Below are positions 49,368-57,612 of a stretch of 64,000 nucleotides of DNA, piece by piece. The stretch spans positions 2,592,001 through 2,656,000 of the forward strand of contig OZ242180.1 of assembly GCA_965205485.1 (NCBI GenBank), given 5' to 3'. This DNA comes from Candidatus Latescibacterota bacterium (GTDB lineage Bacteria > Latescibacterota > UBA2968 > GCA-2709665). A model generated the notes under the pieces. That model saw nothing but the letters and a program-made list of their open reading frames with translations, made no database searches and was not told the DNA's origin. Positions within the stretch are counted from its first letter, which is position 1. The number at the start of each line of letters is the position of its first letter. A program made the translations under genes and the position numbers.

Positions 49368-50195
49368 CTATTCCGGCTTCCCGGTACGGAGTTCCTGCAT
49401 CACCTGGCGGGTGATTTCGGTGATGAGGTCGTCTTTCGCCGGCGGAGGATCGCCGGAAGGGCTCGAGGCGCTGCGTGTGCGAAGGGTGGGGATTTGCGGT
49501 TCTGAGGTGTCGGGCCCGGATGGCGCCCTGCCGACGTCGCACGCCGGGTCCGGTCCCCGGATGCCCAGGCGCTGTCGGATCTGAAGGAGTTTGTCAACCT
49601 GTTCCCGGTTCAGGACGTTGGCGCCGCCCAACTGGCGCGCCACAAAGAGGATTCGCGCGAAATGTTCCAGGGTTTCCATTTTGAAATAGGCGTTCATCAC
49701 GTCGGAACCGACGGTGGTAGCGCCATGATTCTCAAGCAGATAGGCATCGTAGTCCTTGACGAACTTTCGAATCGGTTCGGAGATCTCCGGCCCTCCGGGC
49801 GTCCCGTACTTCGCCGTGGGAATCGAGCCGAGCGTGATCACGACCTCGGGCAGAACGCAATCGGTGAGCGGCATTCCGGCAACCGAGAATCCCGTTGCCG
49901 TGGGCGGATGCGCGTGGACGACCGCCTTGATGTCGGACCGTTCCCTGTAGAGGAACAGATGCATGCCGATTTCGGAGGAAGGGCTCCGAACGCCGCTGAT
50001 CTTCCTGCCTTCCATGTCGCAAACGCACAGATCCTCTACGGACAGGTTGCCTTTGCACAGCCCGGCGGGCGTAACAATCAGGCGGCTTTCGTCGAAGCGG
50101 GCGGAAATGTTTCCGTCACTCGAGACGATGTAACCCCTGTCGTAGAGCCTGCGTCCGGCTTCCACGATATCCAGTTTTGCCTGATGGAGCGTCAT
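49368..50195 (-). CDS. Class II aldolase (fuculose/rhamnulose-phosphate aldolase-like) with a C-terminal encapsulation peptide
   Basis: DGNIS, PSSE..MH, VVHAHPP, LLENHG; tail DDLITEITRQVMQEL. Confidence 0.9.
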   Translation of the reverse strand: MTLHQAKLDIVEAGRRLYDRGYIVSSDGNISARFDESRLIVTPAGLCKGNLSVEDLCVCDMEGRKISGVRSPSSEIGMHLFLYRERSDIKAVVHAHPPTATGFSVAGMPLTDCVLPEVVITLGSIPTAKYGTPGGPEISEPIRKFVKDYDAYLLENHGATTVGSDVMNAYFKMETLEHFARILFVARQLGGANVLNREQVDKLLQIRQRLGIRGPDPACDVGRAPSGPDTSEPQIPTLRTRSASSPSGDPPPAKDDLITEITRQVMQELRTGKPE

Positions 50196-50219
50196 GGCGA
50201 GGGGTCCGGATGGTCGTCT

Positions 50220-50531
50220 TTACGGTGCAGGTTGTCGATGACTGCGGTCGTCTTGCGTCTGCGGCTCGCAGACGACCTGGTCCACGATCCCGACGATAAC
50301 GGAGCGGATGGGCGGCCGGTCCACCCCCAGGACCTGCGCGGCCGCAATGCCCTGGCGCAGGACGAGTACGGTTTCGCCGGCGCCCGAGCCGGCTGCGTCG
50401 ACGGCAAGCAGGGTGTCATCCACCTCGCTGCCGTCGGGCCGGACCGGTTGTACCAGCATGAGTTTTGCGGCGTCGTAGGCCGGATGTTTCAGCGTGGAAA
50501 CAACGCTGCCGATGACTCGGGCCAGAATCAT
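50220..50531 (-). CDS. BMC-P (EutN/CcmL) vertex protein
   Basis: MILARVIGSVVST.K...AVD..G.G.GE.V...IVGIVD. Confidence 0.92.
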   Translation of the reverse strand: MILARVIGSVVSTLKHPAYDAAKLMLVQPVRPDGSEVDDTLLAVDAAGSGAGETVLVLRQGIAAAQVLGVDRPPIRSVIVGIVDQVVCEPQTQDDRSHRQPAP

Positions 50532-50577
50532 GGATTCCGCGGATTCGAGGGAGACCGGAGGACTGCGCGCGGTCCGG

Positions 50578-50853
50578 TCATGGTTCGTTCCGGATATCGA
50601 TGCGGTCGGCGATGCCGACGATGGCGGCGTCTACGGGTCCGTATTTGTCGGGCAGGGCGTTGGGCGCTTCCCGCGCGCTGACCCAGTAGACGGTCTCACC
50701 CTGTCCCGCGCTGACCACGTCTGCCGCCACCAGCGCGTCGCCGTGGTCGTTCCGGCGGTGGTCCAGAGGCCGGATGACGAGCAGCCGGATGCCTTTGAGC
50801 GACGGGTCTTTCCTTGTGGCTACGATTTTTCCCGAGACGCGGCCGAGTCGCAT
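50578..50853 (-). CDS. BMC-P (EutN/CcmL) vertex protein
   Basis: MRLGRVSGKIVATRK...AGQGE...PVDAAIVGIAD. Confidence 0.92.
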   Translation of the reverse strand: MRLGRVSGKIVATRKDPSLKGIRLLVIRPLDHRRNDHGDALVAADVVSAGQGETVYWVSAREAPNALPDKYGPVDAAIVGIADRIDIRNEP

Positions 50854-50902
50854 GGGCACCTGGGCATTGAGAGTGGGAACCGGGAATGGTCCTCGCCGGA
50901 CG

Positions 50903-52339
50903 TCATACGATCCTGAAGTAGTCGACCAGCGTGCAGCGCCGCTGCCGGGTGAACGTCCTGGCCGATGTGCAGCCCTCGCCGGTGGGCGTGGCGATGGAGA
51001 ACGAGGTGTATCCTTCGCCGCCTGCCCCCACGCCGGCAGTTGACGGTCCGTTCTTGATAAAGAGACTGCAGCGGCACGCCCGGGCCATGTTCGTCATGTT
51101 TTCCACGTTCTTCGAGTGCATGACGGCCGTGTGGCGATATCCATGTTCGGCCTCCACGGCCCGTTCGATGCCGGTGTTGACATCGGGTACGCGGACAACC
51201 GGAATGAACGGCATCATCTGCTCATTCTGCGTGAAGGGATGCGCAGCTACGACCTCGCCGATCAGCAACTCCGTTTCGGGGGGCACGTTCAGGCCGATAC
51301 TCTCGGCCAGAACATGCGGGTTTCGACCCACGAATTCCCGGTTGACGGTTTGTTCGCCGCCGCCGTCCGCGGTAAACGCGTGTGCGGTCAGGCCTTCGAT
51401 CTGGCCGCGGTCCAGCTCGACGCATCCCCTGGCCAGCAGGGAACGCTTGAGTTCGTCGGCGACGGACTCGACGACGAAGACTTCCTTTTCGCCGATGCAG
51501 AGGATATTATTGTCGAATGCGCCGCCTTCGACGATCCCATCGGCGGCCGTGTCGAGGTCGGCGGTTTCATCGACCACCACCGGGGGATTTCCGGGACCCG
51601 CGGCAATGACCCGTTTCGGCGCGCGCATCGCGGCCTTGACAACGCCGCCCCCGCCCGTTACCAGGACGAGGTCGATTTTCGGATGTACGAAGAGATCCTG
51701 GGCGGTCTGAATGCTGGGTTCGTGGACGGCGGTCAACAGATTTGGAGGTCCGCCGGCGTCGACGATCGCCCGGTTGAGGATCTGAATGCCCAGTTGGGAG
51801 ACGTTTTTCGCGGCGGGGTGTGGTGCAAATACGGCACTGTTTCCTGCAGCGATCAGGCTGATGGCGTTGTTCACGGTCGTGGGAACCGGATGTGTGGAGG
51901 GCGTGACGGCGGCAACGATGCCGAAGGGCGCCAGTTCGACGACGGTCAGCCCGCGGTCGCCGGTCCAGGCCACCGGTTCCAGGTCCTCCACGCCCGGGGT
52001 GAGACGGGCAACCACGTCGAATTTCCGGATCTTGTGGGCGATTCTGCCCATGCCGGTCTCGTCGAGGGTCATCTGCGCCAGGCCCTTGGCATGGTCCAGC
52101 GCCGCCTTGCGAATGGCCTCGATGATTTCGCGCCGGACTTCGAGCGACAGGGCCTCCAGTTCGCGCTGGGCCCCGCCGGCCGCTTCGATCGCGTCGTCCA
52201 GTCGTTCGAAGATGCCGTCGTCCCCATTACCGCCCGTGCGGACCGGAGACGAGACGACAGCGGGGGCCCGCGCTTCCGGCGCGAGGGTGCGGACGACTTC
52301 CTCAACGACCGATCTGATTTGGGCTTCGCTGATGTTCAT
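50903..52339 (-). CDS. CoA-acylating aldehyde dehydrogenase (EutE/PduP-like) with an N-terminal encapsulation peptide
   Basis: ISEAQIRSVVEEVVRTL; TGGGGVV, AGPGNPPVVVDETAD, FDNNILCIGEK, TPTGEG.TSARTF. Confidence 0.95.
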   Translation of the reverse strand: MNISEAQIRSVVEEVVRTLAPEARAPAVVSSPVRTGGNGDDGIFERLDDAIEAAGGAQRELEALSLEVRREIIEAIRKAALDHAKGLAQMTLDETGMGRIAHKIRKFDVVARLTPGVEDLEPVAWTGDRGLTVVELAPFGIVAAVTPSTHPVPTTVNNAISLIAAGNSAVFAPHPAAKNVSQLGIQILNRAIVDAGGPPNLLTAVHEPSIQTAQDLFVHPKIDLVLVTGGGGVVKAAMRAPKRVIAAGPGNPPVVVDETADLDTAADGIVEGGAFDNNILCIGEKEVFVVESVADELKRSLLARGCVELDRGQIEGLTAHAFTADGGGEQTVNREFVGRNPHVLAESIGLNVPPETELLIGEVVAAHPFTQNEQMMPFIPVVRVPDVNTGIERAVEAEHGYRHTAVMHSKNVENMTNMARACRCSLFIKNGPSTAGVGAGGEGYTSFSIATPTGEGCTSARTFTRQRRCTLVDYFRIV

Positions 52340-52351
52340 CGTAACCAGGAA

Positions 52352-52468
52352 AAGACGAGACGACGAATGGACGAAAGACGAAACTACGAAAAACCAGAAA
52401 AAAGGCTGAAAGGCAACAGCAAAACTACGAATGACGCGAATAGACGAGACTACGAATAGACGAGACCC
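52352..52468. repeat. Degenerate ACGA-containing short-period repeat tract
   Basis: cgaatagacgagac twice plus related gacgaaa/ctacgaa units. Confidence 0.6.
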
Positions 52469-52516
52469 TAACGCCGCGCGTCAGCCTGGCAATGCCACGC
52501 TCTGAACCGTATGGGT

Positions 52517-52813
52517 TCAGGGGTGTTTACGGTACGTCGTTTCGCCTTCCATTTCCACCGAATCGACGATGGCGACGACGACCGCATCGACCGGACGGTC
52601 TTCGGTCGAGCCGGTCATCCGCGCGGAACTTCCGCTTGTGCACAGGACGACTTCATTGGCCCCTGCGCCTACGGCGTCGACCGCTACCAGGAATCGGCTT
52701 CCCAACTCCAGAGTCTGAATGTCCAGGGTTTGCACGACCTGGAGCTTGAACCCCTCGAGACCCTTGTCCTTCTGGGTGGCGACAACCGTCCCCACCACTT
52801 TACCCAGTATCAT
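52517..52813 (-). CDS. BMC-P (EutN/CcmL) vertex protein
   Basis: MILGKVVGTVVATQK...AVDAVGAG..E.V...GSSAR...PVDA. Confidence 0.95.
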   Translation of the reverse strand: MILGKVVGTVVATQKDKGLEGFKLQVVQTLDIQTLELGSRFLVAVDAVGAGANEVVLCTSGSSARMTGSTEDRPVDAVVVAIVDSVEMEGETTYRKHP

Positions 52814-52837
52814 TGGTAACGCTCAGCGTTTCAGAAT

Positions 52838-53119
52838 TCAGGACGATTTTCCAATGGGCAGCACGTCTTCGAGGCTGCCGTGGGGGCGCGGAATGACATG
52901 GACGGATATCAGTTCGCCGATCTTGCCGGCGGCGGCGGCGCCCGCCTCGGTGGCGGCTTTTACGGCGGCCACGTCGCCCCGGACGACAGCGGTCACGTAG
53001 CCCGCGCCGATTTTTTCCCAGTTGACCAGCTTCACATTGGCCGCTTTCACCATGGCGTCGGTCGCTTCGATCATCGCCACCAGACCTCTGGTTTCGATCA
53101 TGCCAAGGGCTTCACCCAT
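52838..53119 (-). CDS. BMC-H (EutM/PduA-like) hexameric shell protein
   Basis: [21 protein letters not shown]...[10 protein letters not shown]...HVIPRPH; AGGAGG RBS. Confidence 0.96.
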   Translation of the reverse strand: MGEALGMIETRGLVAMIEATDAMVKAANVKLVNWEKIGAGYVTAVVRGDVAAVKAATEAGAAAAGKIGELISVHVIPRPHGSLEDVLPIGKSS

Positions 53120-53176
53120 GTCGCGATTCCTCCTGTTGAGAGTGTTTGACCCAATCCAGGCGGGTATAGCGCCCAC

Positions 53177-54589
53177 CTATTTTTTTCTGTAGACGACCAG
53201 CCTGTAGGGACGCGGGCCGTCGAAGGTCCTGATACATTCGTAGGATTCCCGGAACCACGGCGCGGACGCGATCGGGCCTTCAAGAGGAGCCCAAAGTGGA
53301 TCGTGCAAGAGCATGAAATCCGGCCTGTAAGTCCGGATGGGCCAGGAAACGTCGCCGGCCGCCATGTGTGGGCCGACCGTGGGGGTGATCAGACCGCAGA
53401 CGTCCACAATATAGCGGTCGCTGTAAAAGCCCACGATGCCAATTTCGACCATTCCAACGGAAGCATTCGCCGGAGTATTTTCTGCGAGCCAGTCACCGGC
53501 CGTCCTGTAGATGCGGTAACGCGGCTGGGGCTCCCGGCCCAACAGATTGGCGGTCGGGGTCAGCAGGGCAATCAGCAGCGGGATACACAACAGCGCGCAT
53601 ATCCGGATTTCATGGCGCTGCCAGCCGGACCACTCGCGCGCGACCCGGCCGGCCAGCGAGGCCGTACCCAGAGCGGTCAGTATCATCAGGAGTGGTACCA
53701 GACCGGCATAATAGTTATAGGCCGCCGGAACCCCCATCGCCCAGTACCCTAGAAAGATGAGTAACGGCCAGCCCGCAATGAGCAGAACGCGCCTGTCCAG
53801 ACGAAATATCCTGATGACGCCCAGGAGCGCCGGCAGCGCAAACCACACCAAAAATGGCGACGACTCGAGGTAGCGCCGGCCCGTGTAGAGGACGCCGTGC
53901 CACAGCGATCGCCAGAGCCCGCTTGCGCCCATGGCCCGCTTTGCTTCGAGCGTATTGGGAAAGGGCGATCCGAACGTCCACGCCGCGTAGATCGACCACG
54001 CGCCAACAACAACAGCGAAGACGAGGAGCGGCCGCCAGGCCGCTCGCCGGTGAATCCACAGGTGGTGGCCCAGGATGAGTCCGGCAGGTACGAGTCCATC
54101 GCCGCGGGTGAACGTGCCAAGCGCAAGCAGCAGCGCCGCAAGGCTCGGGCGGCCGGAAAAATAGGCCGCGTAGGCGCCGAATATCAGCGCCTGAAACAGA
54201 ATCAGCTCAAAGCCGAGTACGTCGCCAAGATAGGGATTCAGAACCACGAGAAACGCGGCAACGAAACCGGCCCTGCTTTCATTGAAGTCTGCCAGGATGC
54301 GGCCGATCAGCCATCCAAGCGCCCCCAGCGCGGCGCCGCTGAAAAGGGTGCTGACCAGTGGATAGTTTCCGGCAAAACGACCGGGAACGGAGAGGAGCAC
54401 GGCGTAAAGCGGCGCCGTGGTTCCAAGCACCCGTTCGCCTTCGTTATAGATGAAGCCGCGCCCTTCCGCGAGGTTTCGTGCGTATCGGTACGTGATATAC
54501 GGATCGTCCATCTGCACCCGGTGATAACAGGCAACCGCCGGAGGCGTCAGCAGAACCACCAGGATGAAGATACGCGCGCTGGTCGACAT
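53177..54589 (-). CDS. GT-C fold membrane glycosyltransferase (AftB/ArnT-like)
   Basis: DDPYITYRYARNL..G.G..YN.GERV.GTT, TR.DG, PNT..AK, EIG..GFYS....D..GL; multiple TM segments. Confidence 0.8.
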   Translation of the reverse strand: MSTSARIFILVVLLTPPAVACYHRVQMDDPYITYRYARNLAEGRGFIYNEGERVLGTTAPLYAVLLSVPGRFAGNYPLVSTLFSGAALGALGWLIGRILADFNESRAGFVAAFLVVLNPYLGDVLGFELILFQALIFGAYAAYFSGRPSLAALLLALGTFTRGDGLVPAGLILGHHLWIHRRAAWRPLLVFAVVVGAWSIYAAWTFGSPFPNTLEAKRAMGASGLWRSLWHGVLYTGRRYLESSPFLVWFALPALLGVIRIFRLDRRVLLIAGWPLLIFLGYWAMGVPAAYNYYAGLVPLLMILTALGTASLAGRVAREWSGWQRHEIRICALLCIPLLIALLTPTANLLGREPQPRYRIYRTAGDWLAENTPANASVGMVEIGIVGFYSDRYIVDVCGLITPTVGPHMAAGDVSWPIRTYRPDFMLLHDPLWAPLEGPIASAPWFRESYECIRTFDGPRPYRLVVYRKK

Positions 54590-54617
54590 TGGTGAGCGAA
54601 AGAGTACAGCTTCTCAG

Positions 54618-54806
54618 GAAGCCGTTTTAAAATTACCGGTGAGTTCCCGAGCACGAGCGAAAAAGTGGCGGTCAAGGCGGGAAAGCCCGCCCATATACTA
54701 ATGTATCGTGGCTGCGCGCCCCTCGCCACTCTTGGGTGGGTTTGACCAACGCCGACCGGCGCTTTTGCAGCCGTGCGAAGACCGCAGGGGATTTTAAGAC
54801 GGCTTC
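54618..54806. mobile_element. MITE family B, copy 3 (189 bp)
   Basis: Terminal IRs gaagccgttttaaaat / attttaagacggcttc; abuts the pduL stop codon. Confidence 0.9.
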
Positions 54807-55523
54807 TTACGACTCGATGAATGCCCTCCCTCCGCAAACGAGGTCTGCCGCGTTGGCGTCGTCGGTGTCCAGGTGGAGTTCGGGCAGATAGCCGGGGTCG
54901 ATTTTCAGCCTGACATTTTCGAAGGTGAGACCCTTTTCACCGCGGATATGAGCACGAACGGCACCACGCCCCGTGAGGCCCATTTCCGCAACGTCGACGG
55001 GGCGGAGATGGAGGTGCCGCACGGCGCGGATGGCGGCAGGAACGGTAAGGGACCCCTTCGGACCCACAAAAGTGACCCGCTGGGCGCCATGAAGGTCGCC
55101 GGAGTCCCGCACGGGAGGATCGAGACCGAGAAAGATGGCGTCCGTACGGGCCAGTTCGACCTGGTTATAGTCCCGGGCGGGTCCCAGAATCCGGACGCGC
55201 TCGATGGCGCGCAGCCTGGGCCCGATCACGGAGACGCATTCTTCCGCCGCGTACGCGCCGGGCTGAAAGAGTTCCCTGTAAGGCGTGAGTTCCGATCCGG
55301 CCCCGAAGAGGATATCCATCGCTTCGCGGTTCAGGTGACAGTGCCTTGCGGAGACACCCACCGGAACTTCGAGGAGGCCGTCTTTTCCGTTCCGAATCCT
55401 CCCGATGACTTCACGGACGATGTGGGCGATATCCGGCGAGCCGTTGCCGGGCGCGGCTTCCCGCCCTCGTTCGCACAGCTTGCAGTCCGCGCATTCGGAA
55501 GCAGGTTTGAAAGTATCTACCAT
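54807..55523 (-). CDS. pduL: PduL-type phosphotransacylase with an N-terminal encapsulation peptide
   Basis: VPVGVSARHCHL, L.QPG.YAAEE, VRILGP.R...QVE, RHLHL, ELHLDTDDANAA; IAHIVREVIGRI. Confidence 0.93.
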   Translation of the reverse strand: MVDTFKPASECADCKLCERGREAAPGNGSPDIAHIVREVIGRIRNGKDGLLEVPVGVSARHCHLNREAMDILFGAGSELTPYRELFQPGAYAAEECVSVIGPRLRAIERVRILGPARDYNQVELARTDAIFLGLDPPVRDSGDLHGAQRVTFVGPKGSLTVPAAIRAVRHLHLRPVDVAEMGLTGRGAVRAHIRGEKGLTFENVRLKIDPGYLPELHLDTDDANAADLVCGGRAFIES

Positions 55524-55652
55524 CGGGACGCGTCGCGCAATCGTGTTCGGCCTCGGACGTGGCTTGCAGAATGGCGACTCGTTTCCGGGGCAGGACGCGA
55601 ATTGGGCGTTTGCTGGACCGAAATCAGGTGTGAATCCGGATTCAAGACGCGA

Positions 55653-55681
55653 ATAATAGCAGGTTGAATACGTAAAGTCAA
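55653..55681 (-). promoter_or_regulatory. Putative sigma70 promoter of the BMC operon
   Basis: TTGACT-17 nt-TATTAT with extended -10 TG. Confidence 0.65.
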
Positions 55682-55728
55682 GGGATTTCGGGGAGACGTG
55701 CGGCAGCCTGATCGCGGGGGCCGTTCGC

Positions 55729-55756
55729 TTGACAATTCGCGGTGTTATGGTATAAT
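55729..55756 (+). promoter_or_regulatory. Consensus sigma70 promoter of the polysaccharide operon
   Basis: TTGACA-16 nt-TATAAT with extended -10 TG. Confidence 0.75.
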
Positions 55757-55908
55757 TGGGCGGACTTTCGCCCGGCGCGGAGAATTGGAATGCAGGAGTT
55801 TCCCCGTCGGTCCGGGCGTGGTGGTTGGCGCGCCCGACGGCGCGGCTGCGTTGACGGTACTGAAAGGTCGGTTTTCCACGGAGTTCTGCTTTCTCCGGAT
55901 AAGACGTC

Positions 55909-57597
55909 GTGAGATCCGCATTCCTGTTGCTGGCTGTTCTGTCCCTGTCCCGGATCGTCCACGCGGGTGACAATACCCCGGACGTACCACTTACCCATAC
56001 GGTATATCGTTCGCTCGACCGGTACGACGTCCGGGGCTGGCTGGACTCGGCAGCGCCGCAGACCAGGCCCTACACCCGACTGGAGGTCGCACGGCTTCTG
56101 ATTCAGGTCCTGCAAAGTGGCGATGCGCAGGCGGCCATGTCGGGCACGGAGTGGGCGATTCTCCATAGACATCTGGCCTCGTTCCGCGGGGAGGCCGCGC
56201 GGTTGGGCCATACCCGGCCGGTCGCCGAAACCGGCGGTTTCGAGCAGTTGGCGGACGCACTCTATTCATGGGGGGATACGTCTGCGTCGGTCGCCGTCGA
56301 TGCGCTCTTCCGGCAGCGGTTGATTCTGCTGGGGGGCGAGGTCAGGGAGCGGGAAACGGTTTCCCAAACGCACATCGGCGCGATTGTCCGCGGCACGCTG
56401 GGCGACCGAATCGGTTTTCGCGCGCGGCACTACGAGGCCAGGGAATGGAGTACCCTCGCCCGTCGGGCCAGAGCGGACATACTTGCCCGGCCCATCGAAC
56501 TGGCACAGTTCAAGGGAAACGCGGCCGACTTTCGTGAAGCGACCTGGCAATTGGCGTGGGCAACGCGCTGGTTCGCCGCGGATGCGGCAAAAAGCAGCCT
56601 GGACTGGGGCCCCGGCAGGAGCGGCAACCTGCTCATGACGCCATTCGCGCCGACTTTCGGGATGGCTCGATTCCGGTCGGCGTACGGGCGGGTGCGCTTC
56701 ATCCACATTCTCGGATTCCTGGAAGCCGATTCGGGTCTTATCGACCCTTCGCGCACGCGGTTCGACAACGGCCACCGCCGAACGTTCCTACGTTCCAAGG
56801 CGATTGCCGCCCATCGCGTGGAGGTCGATGTATCTCCACGCGTCCGTCTGGGATTCCAGGAGGCGGTGATTTACGGAGACCGGGATTTCGAGTTTCTGTA
56901 CGCGTCTCCCGTTTCGGTTCTGACGGCCGCACAGATGTCGGTGGGGGACAGGGACAACCTGGCTGTCGGGCTGGATGTCTCCCTTCGCCCGGCCAGACGA
57001 ATTCAGACCTACCTGGCGTTGTTCATGGATGATTTGAGGAAGTTCAGTCCCGGCGATTTTTCCAACAAGCTCGCGGCGCAGGCGGGGGTGTTCTGGGTGG
57101 ATGCGTTCGGGCTGCCGGATACGGATCTTCGAGCCGAGTTCGTGCATATCGAACCGTTCGTGTATTCTCACAGGTTCAACATCAATGCGTACACGCATTT
57201 CGACGCGCTCCTGGGTTATCCCACCGGACCGAATTCGGACCGGTTCTGGGCCCGGTTGACGCACCGGTTCTCTCCCTCGGTTTCCGCGGCCCTCAGCCTG
57301 GAAAGGACGCGTCTTGGCGAGAATATCGAGAATTCGGACGGCACGCTGACGAATGTGGGGGGAGATGCGCGGCTTGGACGGCGGCCGGAGGACCCCGCGG
57401 TTCGTGAATTCCTGAGCGGTACGGTGGAGAAACGGACGCGGTTGGGTGTCGACCTGGTCCTCGAGCCGTTCTCCGATTTCGTTCTCTCCGCGACCTACAG
57501 GCTGACGCGAGGGAGCAATGTGCCCCTTGAGGGCGGAAGTCGCGGGGACGGAAGCACCCATGACTTCCGCATCACGCTCGACCTCAATTTTTACTGA
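55909..57597 (+). CDS. Capsule assembly Wzi family outer-membrane protein
   Basis: Signal peptide; RPYTR, WGPGRSGNL, HRVE, E..IYG, DNL, LGYPTGPNSD. Confidence 0.78.
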   Translation: MRSAFLLLAVLSLSRIVHAGDNTPDVPLTHTVYRSLDRYDVRGWLDSAAPQTRPYTRLEVARLLIQVLQSGDAQAAMSGTEWAILHRHLASFRGEAARLGHTRPVAETGGFEQLADALYSWGDTSASVAVDALFRQRLILLGGEVRERETVSQTHIGAIVRGTLGDRIGFRARHYEAREWSTLARRARADILARPIELAQFKGNAADFREATWQLAWATRWFAADAAKSSLDWGPGRSGNLLMTPFAPTFGMARFRSAYGRVRFIHILGFLEADSGLIDPSRTRFDNGHRRTFLRSKAIAAHRVEVDVSPRVRLGFQEAVIYGDRDFEFLYASPVSVLTAAQMSVGDRDNLAVGLDVSLRPARRIQTYLALFMDDLRKFSPGDFSNKLAAQAGVFWVDAFGLPDTDLRAEFVHIEPFVYSHRFNINAYTHFDALLGYPTGPNSDRFWARLTHRFSPSVSAALSLERTRLGENIENSDGTLTNVGGDARLGRRPEDPAVREFLSGTVEKRTRLGVDLVLEPFSDFVLSATYRLTRGSNVPLEGGSRGDGSTHDFRITLDLNFY

Positions 57598-57612
57598 ACT
57601 GAAAGGTGACCG

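Noticed and set aside
54547..54837. 96-aa ORF similar to the N-terminus of the 46351-48021 ORF
   Set aside because: The similarity is just translation of MITE family B; not an independent gene
45648..55523. Carboxysome, Pdu, Eut or glycyl-radical microcompartment
   Set aside because: No RuBisCO, diol dehydratase, ethanolamine ammonia-lyase or glycyl-radical enzyme; the signature enzyme is a class II aldolase
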